From the NCBI GenBank assembly GCA_039028615.1, contig JBCCHT010000006.1:224001-288000 (forward strand): a DNA stretch of 64,000 nucleotides. The letters run 5' to 3'. The translations under genes were made by a program, and so were the position numbers. The notes under the pieces were generated by a model. That model was not told where the DNA came from and made no database searches. It worked only from the letters and a program-made list of their open reading frames with translations. Source of the stretch: Myxococcota bacterium (GTDB taxonomy: Bacteria > Myxococcota_A > Polyangia > Nannocystales > Nannocystaceae). Below are positions 36,221 to 45,474 of this stretch, one piece after another (positions within the stretch are counted from its first letter, which is position 1; the number at the start of each line of letters is the position of its first letter).

Positions 36221-36505
36221 TCATTCCCCGTCATCGAACGGCACCGCTTCGTCGCGATCCGCGAGCAACTCCTCGACTCGCTCCTCGACCGCATCGAGCA
36301 CGGTGCTCCCCTTGCGCGCCAGCTCGACCCCCTGCTCGAAGCGCTTGAGCGCGTCTTCCAGGGGGAGATCGCCCGCTTCGAGTTCAGTCACCACCGACTC
36401 GAGTCCATCGAGGATCTCGTCGATGCTGAGGCTCGGCTCCTGCGCGGCCTTGCCCTTTTTCCCCCGGCCCCCCGCCGAAGACGATGCTTTACTGGTCCGC
36501 GCCAC
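36221..36505 (-). CDS. xseB: Exodeoxyribonuclease VII small subunit
   Basis: LE.VV.ELE.GDLPLEDAL..FE.GV.L......L...E.RVE.L; classic xseB-ispA order. Confidence 0.93.
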   Translation of the reverse strand: MARTSKASSSAGGRGKKGKAAQEPSLSIDEILDGLESVVTELEAGDLPLEDALKRFEQGVELARKGSTVLDAVEERVEELLADRDEAVPFDDGE

Positions 36506-36612
36506 GAGCGGCCGGAGTATAGAGGTGGCCTCAACGGGGTGCCAACGGGTACGGACCTTCTGCGGCCACCCCGCTTGCGGGGAGCGAAGGCCCGATATAC
36601 GGTACCGGCACG

Positions 36613-37125
36613 ATGGCTCCACAGGAGCGCGAAGAAAGCAACGTCGAGAGCCTGATGGGCCAGTTTCGGGCCTACCTCACGAAGAAAGGCCTCAAGTCCA
36701 CCCGGCAGCGCGACATCATCGCCGAGAGTTTCTTCTCTCATTCGGGTCACCTCAGTATCGAGGACTTGTTGGCGCTGGCTCGCAACGACTACCCGCGCCT
36801 GGGCTACGCCACCGTCTATCGCACGCTGAAGCTGCTGACGGAGTGTGGCCTCGCCGCGGAGCGCCGTTTTGGCGAAGGGCAGACGACCTACGAGGCGGCG
36901 GGTGATCTGGAGCACCACGATCACCTCATCTGCCTCGAGTGCAACCACGTGCTCGAATTCCACAACGAGGAAATCGAGCGCGAGCAGGAGCGAGTGGCGC
37001 GGAGCTTCGGCTTCACCGTCATCCGCCACCGCCACGAGCTGTACGGGTTGTGCCCACGCGCCCGCGGGATCAAGGGCGGCTCCTGCCCCGGCGACGAAGC
37101 CCGCGCCGCCAAAGAGCGCGACTAG
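36613..37125 (+). CDS. fur: Fur-family transcriptional regulator
   Basis: GLKST.QR, HLS.ED, ATVYRTL.LL.E.G, HHDHLIC..C, LYGLC. Confidence 0.92.
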   Translation: MAPQEREESNVESLMGQFRAYLTKKGLKSTRQRDIIAESFFSHSGHLSIEDLLALARNDYPRLGYATVYRTLKLLTECGLAAERRFGEGQTTYEAAGDLEHHDHLICLECNHVLEFHNEEIEREQERVARSFGFTVIRHRHELYGLCPRARGIKGGSCPGDEARAAKERD

Positions 37126-37133
37126 GCGCCCCC

Positions 37134-37328
37134 ATGTCTCCGTTCGCGCAACAGCTCGTGGTCTACGCCGCCATCGCGGTGGCCACGGGCTGGCTGCTGC
37201 GGCGATGGCTGGGGAACAAACGCAGCGCCAGCGCCAGCGCCAGCGCCTGCGAGCGCTGCGGGTCCAAGGCCACGCGCCGAACCCCGACGCGGGCCGTCCG
37301 CCCGGCGTCGCTGCGCGTACTCCCCTGA
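37134..37328 (+). CDS. Small single-TM protein with CxxC (FeoB-associated Cys-rich-like)
   Basis: MSPFAQQLVVYAAIAVATGWLLRRW...CERCG; 8 nt after the fur stop. Confidence 0.6.
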   Translation: MSPFAQQLVVYAAIAVATGWLLRRWLGNKRSASASASACERCGSKATRRTPTRAVRPASLRVLP

Positions 37329-37429
37329 GCCCCTCGGCCACGGCGTTCCACCGCTGAAGTCGGGCATTCACACGCGCGGCCGCGAGCGGTTCGACCTCGC
37401 GCCCCGTTTCGCGTCAAGATCGGGTGGCC

Positions 37430-38995
37430 ATGCCGCGTCGGCCCCGGTCCCTTCGGCTCGAGCTCGTAGCCACGTTGACCGTGGTGCTGATGATGGCCGT
37501 GGTCTCGCTGTCGCTCGCGGCCGAGGTGCTCGGACGCTGGCGCTACGAAGCGCAGCAGAACACGCGGCTGGTCGAGCACACCCGCAGCCTCACCGCGATC
37601 ATCGAGCCCCTGCTCGACCCCGGTGCGCCCGCCACCTTGCGCGGCGGACCCATCGAGCAGGTCCTGCGCCCCAGCCTGGGCAGCATGGGGATCGAGGCGC
37701 TCGAGGTTCACCGCATCGATCTCACCCGTGACCGCCCGTCGGTCCTGGTCGCGGTGGGGCTGGCCACCGACCTGCCCCCGCCCGCCGCCGGAGCCGATGG
37801 CCAGCTCGTCGAGGCCGACCCGGGACGCGTGGTCTTGGACCAGAGCCTGCTCGTGTTCGGCCCCGACCGCACCCGCGTGGCCCTGGTGCTCCGCGTCGTC
37901 GCCCGCCCCTCGGTGTGGACACGCCTCGGGGACTGGAGCACCACCCTGCTGCTCGCGTGCGGCGTGGGCTTGGTGTTGGTGTTGCTCGGCGGCGTGCTGC
38001 TCGAGGTCCAGGTGCTCCGCCCTCTGCGAGCGGTGCGACGCGCCGCCGATCTGGTGGCCGACGGTGAACTCGAGACGGAGGTGCCCAATGAAGGCCCGGC
38101 CGAGTTCTCCGCGCTCGCCGACACCTTCAACCGCATGACCGCCTCGCTGCGCCAGCAGATCGAGCGCAACGCCGCCCAGCGCGAGTCGCTGGCCCGTGCC
38201 GAGCAGCTCGCCACCGTGGGGCGCATCTCGGCCGGGGTCGCGCATGAAGTCGGCAACCCGCTCGCGGCGATCTTGGGCTACGTGGAGCTCCTGCTCGACC
38301 CGCGCTCGGAGCCGGCCCTCGACGACGAGCAGCGCATGCTGCTCGAGCGCAGCCGCACCCAAATCGAGCGCATCCAAGCCATGGTGGGGCAGCTGCTCGA
38401 CTTCAGCCGGCCGCCCAAGGGCGAGGTCCGAGCGGTCGACCTGCACGCGTCGATCGAGCAGATGCTCGCGCTGCTCAAGCACGACGCCCGCTGCCGAGAC
38501 ACCGAGCTGCGCCTCGAAGGCGACGCGTCGCTGCAGGCGTGGGCCGACCCGGCTCGCCTCGATCAAGTCCTGCGCAACCTGCTGGTCAACGCCTGCCGAG
38601 CCGCCCGCGAGGGTGAGGGCCCCGCGCTGGTGGTGCTGCGAGTCGCCGCGGCAGCAGACGACGAGCACGTCGCGATCGAGCTCCAGGACACAGGCCCGGG
38701 CGTGGCCGAGACGCTCCGCCCGCGCCTATTCGATCCCTTCGTCAGCACAGCGCCCGCCGGCGAAGGCACCGGGCTGGGCTTGGCCATCGGGCGAGGCCTG
38801 GTCGAGGGCATGAACGGTCGCCTCGACTGCCTGGAGTCAGGCGCCCGGCCGCCGCTGCGAGACGATGCCTTGCCCGGAGCCGTATTTCGCGTCACGCTCC
38901 CGCGCGCGAAGGCCGGCGAAGAGGCACCGCAGAATGCGACGCCCCCTGCCGCCGTCCAAGCCGCTACATCCGAGGAAAACGCCGATGCGCCGTAG
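37430..38995 (+). CDS. Sensor histidine kinase (2 TM, HAMP, HisKA, HATPase)
   Basis: AHEVGNPL, QVLRNLLVNA, DTGPG, FDPF, GTGLGL. Confidence 0.96.
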   Translation: MPRRPRSLRLELVATLTVVLMMAVVSLSLAAEVLGRWRYEAQQNTRLVEHTRSLTAIIEPLLDPGAPATLRGGPIEQVLRPSLGSMGIEALEVHRIDLTRDRPSVLVAVGLATDLPPPAAGADGQLVEADPGRVVLDQSLLVFGPDRTRVALVLRVVARPSVWTRLGDWSTTLLLACGVGLVLVLLGGVLLEVQVLRPLRAVRRAADLVADGELETEVPNEGPAEFSALADTFNRMTASLRQQIERNAAQRESLARAEQLATVGRISAGVAHEVGNPLAAILGYVELLLDPRSEPALDDEQRMLLERSRTQIERIQAMVGQLLDFSRPPKGEVRAVDLHASIEQMLALLKHDARCRDTELRLEGDASLQAWADPARLDQVLRNLLVNACRAAREGEGPALVVLRVAAAADDEHVAIELQDTGPGVAETLRPRLFDPFVSTAPAGEGTGLGLAIGRGLVEGMNGRLDCLESGARPPLRDDALPGAVFRVTLPRAKAGEEAPQNATPPAAVQAATSEENADAP

Positions 38996-39344
38996 CTTCA
39001 TTCCGCTCACCTGCCTCTGTGTCGCCACCCTGCTGTCCGCCTGCGCGTCCCCGTACCGAAGCTTCTATCGAGAGACCAACCACAAGCTGAAGCCCGCGCC
39101 CATCCCGGCGGAGCAGGTCAAGCCGGTGCTCTCGGCCGATCACCTGACCACCCCATGGGTCGAGGTCGGTATCTATCGCGGCCACGCTCCCACGGTGGAA
39201 GAGGCGATGGAGACCGCTCAGGACGCCTGCGGCAAGGCCGGCGCCGACTTCTTCATCCTCAATACCGAGCCCTTCGAGGCCGGCGGCCTGTGGAAGCTCG
39301 ACGGCTTCTGCGCCGCCCGCGACGACGGACAGCCCGAAGAGTAG
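38985..39344 (+). CDS. Small lipoprotein
   Basis: Lipobox LSAC; overlaps the kinase stop. Confidence 0.75.
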   Translation: MRRSFIPLTCLCVATLLSACASPYRSFYRETNHKLKPAPIPAEQVKPVLSADHLTTPWVEVGIYRGHAPTVEEAMETAQDACGKAGADFFILNTEPFEAGGLWKLDGFCAARDDGQPEE

Positions 39345-39375
39345 CCAGCGGTGAGCCGGGGCCCGCCGCCTCGGC

Positions 39376-40470
39376 TCACATCACCGCTTTGGCTTCGTCC
39401 TCGCGCCGCGCGTGCTCCATGAGCAGATACGTCAGCGGCGTGGTGGCGTGCTCTTCCGAGCCGGGCGGCAGCGGGGCGTCGGCGACGAACTCGAAGTCGC
39501 CCTGCGTCCAGCTTAGCAATTGGAACACCCGATCGTGGGGATGGTCGTAGTGGCCGAGCCCCTCGACGAACTCGAGCGTACCCTGGTCGAGGTAGAGCTT
39601 GCAGGTGTCGCTGCCGGCCATGAGCTCGAGGGCGCCGCTGCGGCGCTCGGACTCGAGGAACGCGAGCAAGCTGCCCAGGCGCACGTGCTCGAGCCGGCCC
39701 CGTAGGCCCCCCTGGCCGGCTCCCATGGTGCCTTCGTTCTGCGGCTCGACGTGACGACGTCGGGCCAGCACCCCTTGGAGCCGAGCGATGATCTCGTCGG
39801 CGGGCATGGTCTTGGGCAGGTAGTCGTCGACGCCGAGCCGATACCCCTTGAGCCGAGACAGGTCGTCGCTCAGGCGGGTGAGGAACACGATCGGCACCGT
39901 CGCCAGGCTGGGCCGAGCGCGGACGGTGCGGACGAAGGTCCAGCCGTCCATCTCCGGCATCTCGACGTCGGTGAGGATCACGTCGGGCAGTCGCTTGAGC
40001 GCCGCCGACAACGCGACGAGGCCGTTTTCGGCGACGCGTACCCGAAGCCCGCGCTCGCGCAGCGCGTCGCCGAGCTCGAGTCGCATGCTGACCGAGTCAT
40101 CCACCAGCAGGACGTTGAAGCCGAGGACTCCGTCATCCGCGCTGGCAGCGGGCTCCGCCTTGGCGACCTCGTCGACCTGCATCAGGCCCTGCACGCAGGA
40201 TTCGAGGATCCCGCGCTGCTCGTCGGTCATCGCGAGGCGAACCGGGGTCGCCCCCGTATCACCGTGCTCGCGGCGCGCCGGAGCGATGGCCGATCCCAAG
40301 AGGTAGAGGACTCGACGATCGGGGAGTTCGACCTTCAGCCGCACCGGAGTTCCGGGGGGGAGCGGCTTGGCCAGCGGCAGCAGGGCTTGGCCATGCCGCA
40401 ACCGGTCGGTGTACTCGACCAGGAAGTCGTCTTGAGTCTCGAAGCGAACGCTGTAAGTCGGTACACCCAT
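39376..40470 (-). CDS. Degenerate PilZ-like + receiver + DUF4388 response regulator
   Basis: VRF....DF..EYT...P.PPGT.V.L...LP; VLLVDD...LTDVEMPEMDG...PIVFLT...DDYLPK; GLRG.L....L..LL..LE..RRSG.L...W..G.FEF. Confidence 0.88.
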   Translation of the reverse strand: MGVPTYSVRFETQDDFLVEYTDRLRHGQALLPLAKPLPPGTPVRLKVELPDRRVLYLLGSAIAPARREHGDTGATPVRLAMTDEQRGILESCVQGLMQVDEVAKAEPAASADDGVLGFNVLLVDDSVSMRLELGDALRERGLRVRVAENGLVALSAALKRLPDVILTDVEMPEMDGWTFVRTVRARPSLATVPIVFLTRLSDDLSRLKGYRLGVDDYLPKTMPADEIIARLQGVLARRRHVEPQNEGTMGAGQGGLRGRLEHVRLGSLLAFLESERRSGALELMAGSDTCKLYLDQGTLEFVEGLGHYDHPHDRVFQLLSWTQGDFEFVADAPLPPGSEEHATTPLTYLLMEHARREDEAKAVM

Positions 40471-40739
40471 GGGGCCTGGGGAAAACCGTGCTCCATCCTA
40501 CAGATTTCCTTCCGAGTGATCCAAGGAAACGGAGTTCGCCCTCCGCTTTATTCGGCCTGAAATGGTCCTCTATGGTCGGAAATGCCCTCCATGTGTTCTC
40601 CATCGGGACTGGGTCGATCACCGGATGTGATCCCAAAATTTGATGCGTCGGTGACCGTGATTGCGGGCCCTACGGCGCCGAAATCACTCGAATCGGCGCC
40701 GGATGCTCCCCTCGAGAACGGTGCTACCATTCGGAATTC

Positions 40740-42050
40740 GTGAGTTCCGCGGCTCCCCGCTCCGCCCCCGGGCCGGATCCGTCGCCTCGGCCCCGACGTC
40801 GCCCTCGGCCCAACAAACCGCGGCCGCAGCGTTCGCGCCGTGGTCATCGGACCACAACGACCGTCAATTCGGTGCTCATGGCCCTGGCGTGGGTTCTGCT
40901 CGGTCTGGGGTCCTTGGCGAGCTTCGTGGTCGCGATGTGGATCGTGGTCTCCATGGCCAGCGCCGCCGCGGCGGCTCGAGCCGGGTTCACCGCCAGTTCC
41001 ATCTGGATCTGGTTCGTCGCGCTGAGCATCACGCTCGGCGTGCCCTTCGGCATCGCGGTGTGGAAGCACCAGGGCGACGCGCGTCGCATCAGCCTCACCA
41101 TGGCGTGGCTGCCCATGCTGTGGAACGCGGGCGCGGTGCTGCTCACCATGCAGATCGTGCCCGACCTCATGGGCACCGCGCTGCGCAGTCAGGGCGCGTG
41201 GGTGGCCGAGGACCGCTTCGGGGACTCGCACTCGGCCACGCGGGTCATGTCCGCGCTGGGCCACCAAGTCGCCGAGGTCACGGCCCCCGATACCAGCCCC
41301 GACGGGACGAATCCCGGTCGTGGGGTGCTCCCGCTGTGGAACCAAGGCGAGGTCGACCGCAGCAAGGTGCTGTCGGTGCCCTTCGCCGAGGAAGGCACCG
41401 CGATCCTCATGGACGCGACGCTGCACGGGCCCTCGGCGGAACTGACTCTTCCCTACCTGTTCGATACCGGGGCCTCGTACACCACGATCAGCACGGCCAC
41501 CGCGGCCAAGCTGGGCATCGCGGTACCTGCCGACGCGCCCACGCTGACCTTCAATACCGCCAGCGGCCCCCGAGAGAGCCGCATGGTGCACTTGCCCGCG
41601 GTCCAGCTGGGTCAGGTTCGCATCCCCGGGCTGCTGGTCTCCGTCTGTGACGCCTGCGTCAACGAGCGCACCGAGGGCCTGCTGGGCCTCAACGTCATGC
41701 GCGAGTTCTTCGTGCAGATGGACTACAAAAACCAGCGCATGCAGCTGCTGCCGCGCATCGCCGAGGCGCGCCCCAACCGGGCGTACGACATCGAGCCGGT
41801 CGTCGAGCTCAAGGTCGAGGGCGCGGCCGAGGTGTGGCTGGGTCGCGTGCGGTGGATGGTCCTCATCCGCAACCGCGGCACCGCGCCGCTCACCGACGTC
41901 GTCCCCGTGGTGAAGTTCACCGACGGCCCCGCGCTGCGCGGCGCCACCGTGGCCGAGATTGCGCCCGGCAAGGTCGGTCGCTCGCTGGTCGAGGGCAAGA
42001 CCGACACGAAGGGTCACTACACCCTGGGTCTGGTCGAGGCGTACTGGTGA
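40740..42050 (+). CDS. Membrane-bound retropepsin-like (clan AA) aspartic protease
   Basis: Three N-terminal TMs; LFDTGASYTTI, TASG, GLLGLN. Alternative start ATG 40878. Confidence 0.85.
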   Translation: MSSAAPRSAPGPDPSPRPRRRPRPNKPRPQRSRRGHRTTTTVNSVLMALAWVLLGLGSLASFVVAMWIVVSMASAAAAARAGFTASSIWIWFVALSITLGVPFGIAVWKHQGDARRISLTMAWLPMLWNAGAVLLTMQIVPDLMGTALRSQGAWVAEDRFGDSHSATRVMSALGHQVAEVTAPDTSPDGTNPGRGVLPLWNQGEVDRSKVLSVPFAEEGTAILMDATLHGPSAELTLPYLFDTGASYTTISTATAAKLGIAVPADAPTLTFNTASGPRESRMVHLPAVQLGQVRIPGLLVSVCDACVNERTEGLLGLNVMREFFVQMDYKNQRMQLLPRIAEARPNRAYDIEPVVELKVEGAAEVWLGRVRWMVLIRNRGTAPLTDVVPVVKFTDGPALRGATVAEIAPGKVGRSLVEGKTDTKGHYTLGLVEAYW

Positions 42051-42775
42051 TCGCCGCCGCGCTGCACCAGCTGTGGTGGGCCCCGGGCCAGGCCGCGGGG
42101 GACGACAACCCCTTTGCCATGTTCGCCGACTGGGACGCCTCGTCGCTGATGTGGCTGGGCTTGTTGGTCCCGGTCGCGGTGGTGGTGTTCTTCGTCGGCT
42201 CCAAGCGCTTTCGATCGCAGATGGGCGCAGGCGCGATCATCCCGCGCGGCCGCGACCGATTCGTCGGCGGCCGGGTGAAGGGTCATGGACCCCAGTGGCG
42301 GGCGACCGTCGAGCGGCTCCAGGAACGCCCGCCCACCGCCATCGCCGAGGCCACGCCGGGACCGGTGCGGATCGAGGCCGAGATCGTGCGAGCCTCGGGC
42401 AATTTGGGGGGCAGCCCCGGGCGCGAGTGTGTCTGGCGCAATCGGGCGGGAGCGGGCCCTCAGACCGCCGTGGGAGCCGATCTGCTGATCGTGGCCGACG
42501 CCACCGGACGCTGCGGGGTCGAAGAGTTCGAAGCGGCGCGGATCAATGCCCCAGTGGAGCGAGCCGGAGCCCACTACGAGAGCGTTGCGCTCTATGTCGG
42601 TGACCGCATCGAGGTCGTCGGCACCTTCGAGGCCGACCGCGTGGGTGAGCACGAGGATCCCGCGATGCTGGTATACGGTACGCTCGGCACCGACGGCCGG
42701 GTGGAGATTCGCGTGCTCGAGCGCCCCGCCCCCGTCGAGACTCCTCCCGAGACCACGGACGACGACGAGCCATGA
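42047..42775 (+). CDS. Single-TM protein with GIDE-like domain
   Basis: GTGA overlap with the previous gene; TAIA....GPVRIE, GRECVW, D.TG, E...L.VGD.I.V.G pattern. Confidence 0.55.
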   Translation: MIAAALHQLWWAPGQAAGDDNPFAMFADWDASSLMWLGLLVPVAVVVFFVGSKRFRSQMGAGAIIPRGRDRFVGGRVKGHGPQWRATVERLQERPPTAIAEATPGPVRIEAEIVRASGNLGGSPGRECVWRNRAGAGPQTAVGADLLIVADATGRCGVEEFEAARINAPVERAGAHYESVALYVGDRIEVVGTFEADRVGEHEDPAMLVYGTLGTDGRVEIRVLERPAPVETPPETTDDDEP

Positions 42776-43626
42776 CCCGCACTCTCTCTCCTCTGCTCGC
42801 CCTGCTCCTGCTGACCCCCGCGTGCGGCAAGAAACAGCCCGACACCACGAACCCCGAGGACGCGACCGCGGGCGACACCACCGGTGACCCCACCGCCACC
42901 TCGCCCGACGATCCTCCCGCCGAGACGGCGCCGCCCCAAGATCCCGATCCGGCCGAGCTCGCCGAGGGCGTGCACCAGGTGCTGACCGGTCACTACGAGG
43001 AGGGCATCGCGATCCTCGAGCCCATCCACAGCGGCATGACCGAGCCCAGCCAGTACCGCGCCCGCGGCCTGGCCGGGGGTTGGCTGGCCGTGGCCCACGC
43101 TCAGATCGTGTTCGAGAACGCCGAGGGGCCCGCCAACGTGGCCCTCGAGATGGCCGACAAGCTCCAGGACCCCGAGGTCGACGCCGTCGCCAAGCTCGGC
43201 CGCGGTGCGTTCCTGCTGGCGCAAGAGGACTACGCCGCCGCCAAAGAGGCCTTCCAGGCCGCTTCGACCGCGTCCCCCGAGTCGGCGCCCGGCATCTACG
43301 CCCAGGTCCTGCACGGCGAGGCGCTCATCGGCGCCGCCTTTGGGCAGGCCTCCAACACCCAGCTGGAAAACCCCGCGGACCTCGACGAAGCCAAGGTCCA
43401 CTACGAGGCAGCCGCTGCGGCCGCGGGTGGCTCGGCCGACCCCGAGATCCTCCTGGGCCGGGCCAAAGAAGGCCTCGCCGCCGTCGCCAAGATCAAGCGC
43501 GACCAGGAAGCGCTGTGCAAGAACGCCGTCGAGGCGGTCGGGCACTACCAGGCCGCCAAGGCCTCGACCTTCCTCGTCGACGGCCCCTCGCGCCTGGCCA
43601 GCGACGCCAAGTGCGACAAGAAATAG
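42772..43626 (+). CDS. Alpha-helical (TPR-like) lipoprotein
   Basis: ATGA overlap; signal peptide ending TPAC; helical repeats. Confidence 0.75.
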   Translation: MTRTLSPLLALLLLTPACGKKQPDTTNPEDATAGDTTGDPTATSPDDPPAETAPPQDPDPAELAEGVHQVLTGHYEEGIAILEPIHSGMTEPSQYRARGLAGGWLAVAHAQIVFENAEGPANVALEMADKLQDPEVDAVAKLGRGAFLLAQEDYAAAKEAFQAASTASPESAPGIYAQVLHGEALIGAAFGQASNTQLENPADLDEAKVHYEAAAAAAGGSADPEILLGRAKEGLAAVAKIKRDQEALCKNAVEAVGHYQAAKASTFLVDGPSRLASDAKCDKK

Positions 43627-43694
43627 CGACGAGCATAGTCCGCACGCGGGCGGGTCTTGCCAGCACGGGGTGATCTCGGCCAAAACGGGGCACC

Positions 43695-45320
43695 ATGTCC
43701 AACCGTGATCCGCACCTCAACCACTGGGCCGACCAGGCCGCCGAGCGAACCCTACGGGCGCACCCCGGCGCCAAATCGGTCGCGGTGGCGGCCGGCATCA
43801 CTCCGTCGGGCCAAGTCCACATCGGCAACTTCCGCGAGGTCATCACCGTCGACCTCGTCGCGCGTGCACTCCGGGACCGCGGGCTCCCGGTGCGCTTCAT
43901 CTACTCGTGGGACGACTTCGACGTCTTCCGCAAGGTGCCCAAGGACGCGCCCCAGCCCGAGATGCTGCAGGAGCAGCTCGGGCGCAGCATCGCCGACGTG
44001 CCCGATCCCTGGGGCGAGCACGACAGCTATGCCTCGCACCACATCGCCGCTTTCGAGCAGAGCCTGACCCCGCTGGGCATCGAGCCCGAGTTCATCCGGC
44101 AGCACCGCATGTACAGGGCGGGCACCTACGCCGAGGGCATTCGCAAGGCGCTGGCCGGCGCCGACCGGATCCGCGGGCTCATCAACGACGCCCGCCGCCA
44201 AAACGGCGCCCGCACCATGCTGGCCGACGACTGGCTGCCCCTGTCCGGCTTCTGTGACTCCTGCGGCAAGGACGAGCTGAGCTTCACCTGGGATGGCGAG
44301 TGGACCGTGCACTACAAGTGCAGCAACTGCGGTCACGAGCACGACGTCGACCTGCAAAAGGGCGGCAACCTCAAGCTACCCTGGCGCGTCGACTGGCCCA
44401 TGCGCTGGGCCCACGAGAGCGTCGCCTTCGAGCCCGGGGGCAAGGACCACAGCTCGGCGGGTGGCAGCTACGACACCGCCAAGGGCATCGTGGCCGATCT
44501 CTACGATTGGACCGCGCCGCAATACGTCGGCTACGACTTCGTGTCGTGCAAGGGCCAGGGCGGCAAGCTCTCCAGCAGCCGGGGCGGTGTCGTCACCGTC
44601 AACGACTGCCTGGAGGTCTACGAGCCCGAGGTCTTGCGCTGGCTCTTCGCTAGCTACCGGCCCAACACCGAGTTCGCGATCTCGTTCGACCTCGACGTCA
44701 TCAAGATCTACGAGGACTACGACCGCGCCTACCGGCTCGCCCACGACGCCGACGACGGCGGGCGCAAGGACAAGAAGCGCCAGGTGGCCCGCCGCACCAT
44801 GCAGCTGGCCTCCGTCGATCACACCCGCTTTATGCCGGGCAGCGAGGCCACCTTCCTCGCCGGGTTCCGCCACCTGTCGGTCATCCTCCAGATCTTCGAC
44901 GGGGACATCGCAGGCACGCGGGCGCACTATGAGGCGCAGGGTCAGCTCGACGCGCCAGAGGCCAAGCGGCGCTTCGAGCAGCGGGCCCGCTGCGTGTGGA
45001 ACTGGATCGAGCAGTACGCGCCCGAGGACTTCCGCTACCGCATCCGCACCGAGCCCGTCGTGCGCACGGTGGAGGGCGAGCACCTGGTCGCGTTGACTCG
45101 GCTGGTCGAGATCCTCGAGGGCAATCCCGAGGCCGACGACGCCGCGCTGGGCAGCGCATTCAAGGGGCTGGCCGGCGAGCTGTCGATCCCGCTCAAGGAG
45201 TTCTACCCGCTGGTCTACGACCTGCTGCTCGGGCGCGACCGCGGGCCCAAGCTCAGCGGGCTGCTGGCCACCATGGGCAGCGCGCGGGCGCTGCCGCTGC
45301 TCAAGCCCTCGCTCGGCTGA
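43695..45320 (+). CDS. lysS: Lysine--tRNA ligase, class I
   Basis: HWAD, GITPSG.VHIGNFRE, DD.D.FRKVP, C..CG..C..CG, KLPWRVDWPMRW, EPGGKDH, KLSSS.G, GPKL. Confidence 0.96.
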   Translation: MSNRDPHLNHWADQAAERTLRAHPGAKSVAVAAGITPSGQVHIGNFREVITVDLVARALRDRGLPVRFIYSWDDFDVFRKVPKDAPQPEMLQEQLGRSIADVPDPWGEHDSYASHHIAAFEQSLTPLGIEPEFIRQHRMYRAGTYAEGIRKALAGADRIRGLINDARRQNGARTMLADDWLPLSGFCDSCGKDELSFTWDGEWTVHYKCSNCGHEHDVDLQKGGNLKLPWRVDWPMRWAHESVAFEPGGKDHSSAGGSYDTAKGIVADLYDWTAPQYVGYDFVSCKGQGGKLSSSRGGVVTVNDCLEVYEPEVLRWLFASYRPNTEFAISFDLDVIKIYEDYDRAYRLAHDADDGGRKDKKRQVARRTMQLASVDHTRFMPGSEATFLAGFRHLSVILQIFDGDIAGTRAHYEAQGQLDAPEAKRRFEQRARCVWNWIEQYAPEDFRYRIRTEPVVRTVEGEHLVALTRLVEILEGNPEADDAALGSAFKGLAGELSIPLKEFYPLVYDLLLGRDRGPKLSGLLATMGSARALPLLKPSLG

Positions 45321-45474
45321 TCGAGCGGGGACTCATCCCTCGCCCGCGGTGACGGGGGCGAGGGCCGTCGACTCGGCGACTCATCGGCGTCGACCGCTCA
45401 TCCACGAGCGCAGCCGGGTGCGCCCCGGGCCGCGCTTTGACATGTGGCCGGCATCGGGCGACACCTGCTGCCAG

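Noticed and set aside
37223..37247. (CAGCGC)n short repeat as a phase-variation tract
   Set aside because: The 6-bp unit keeps frame and only encodes a SASASA linker.
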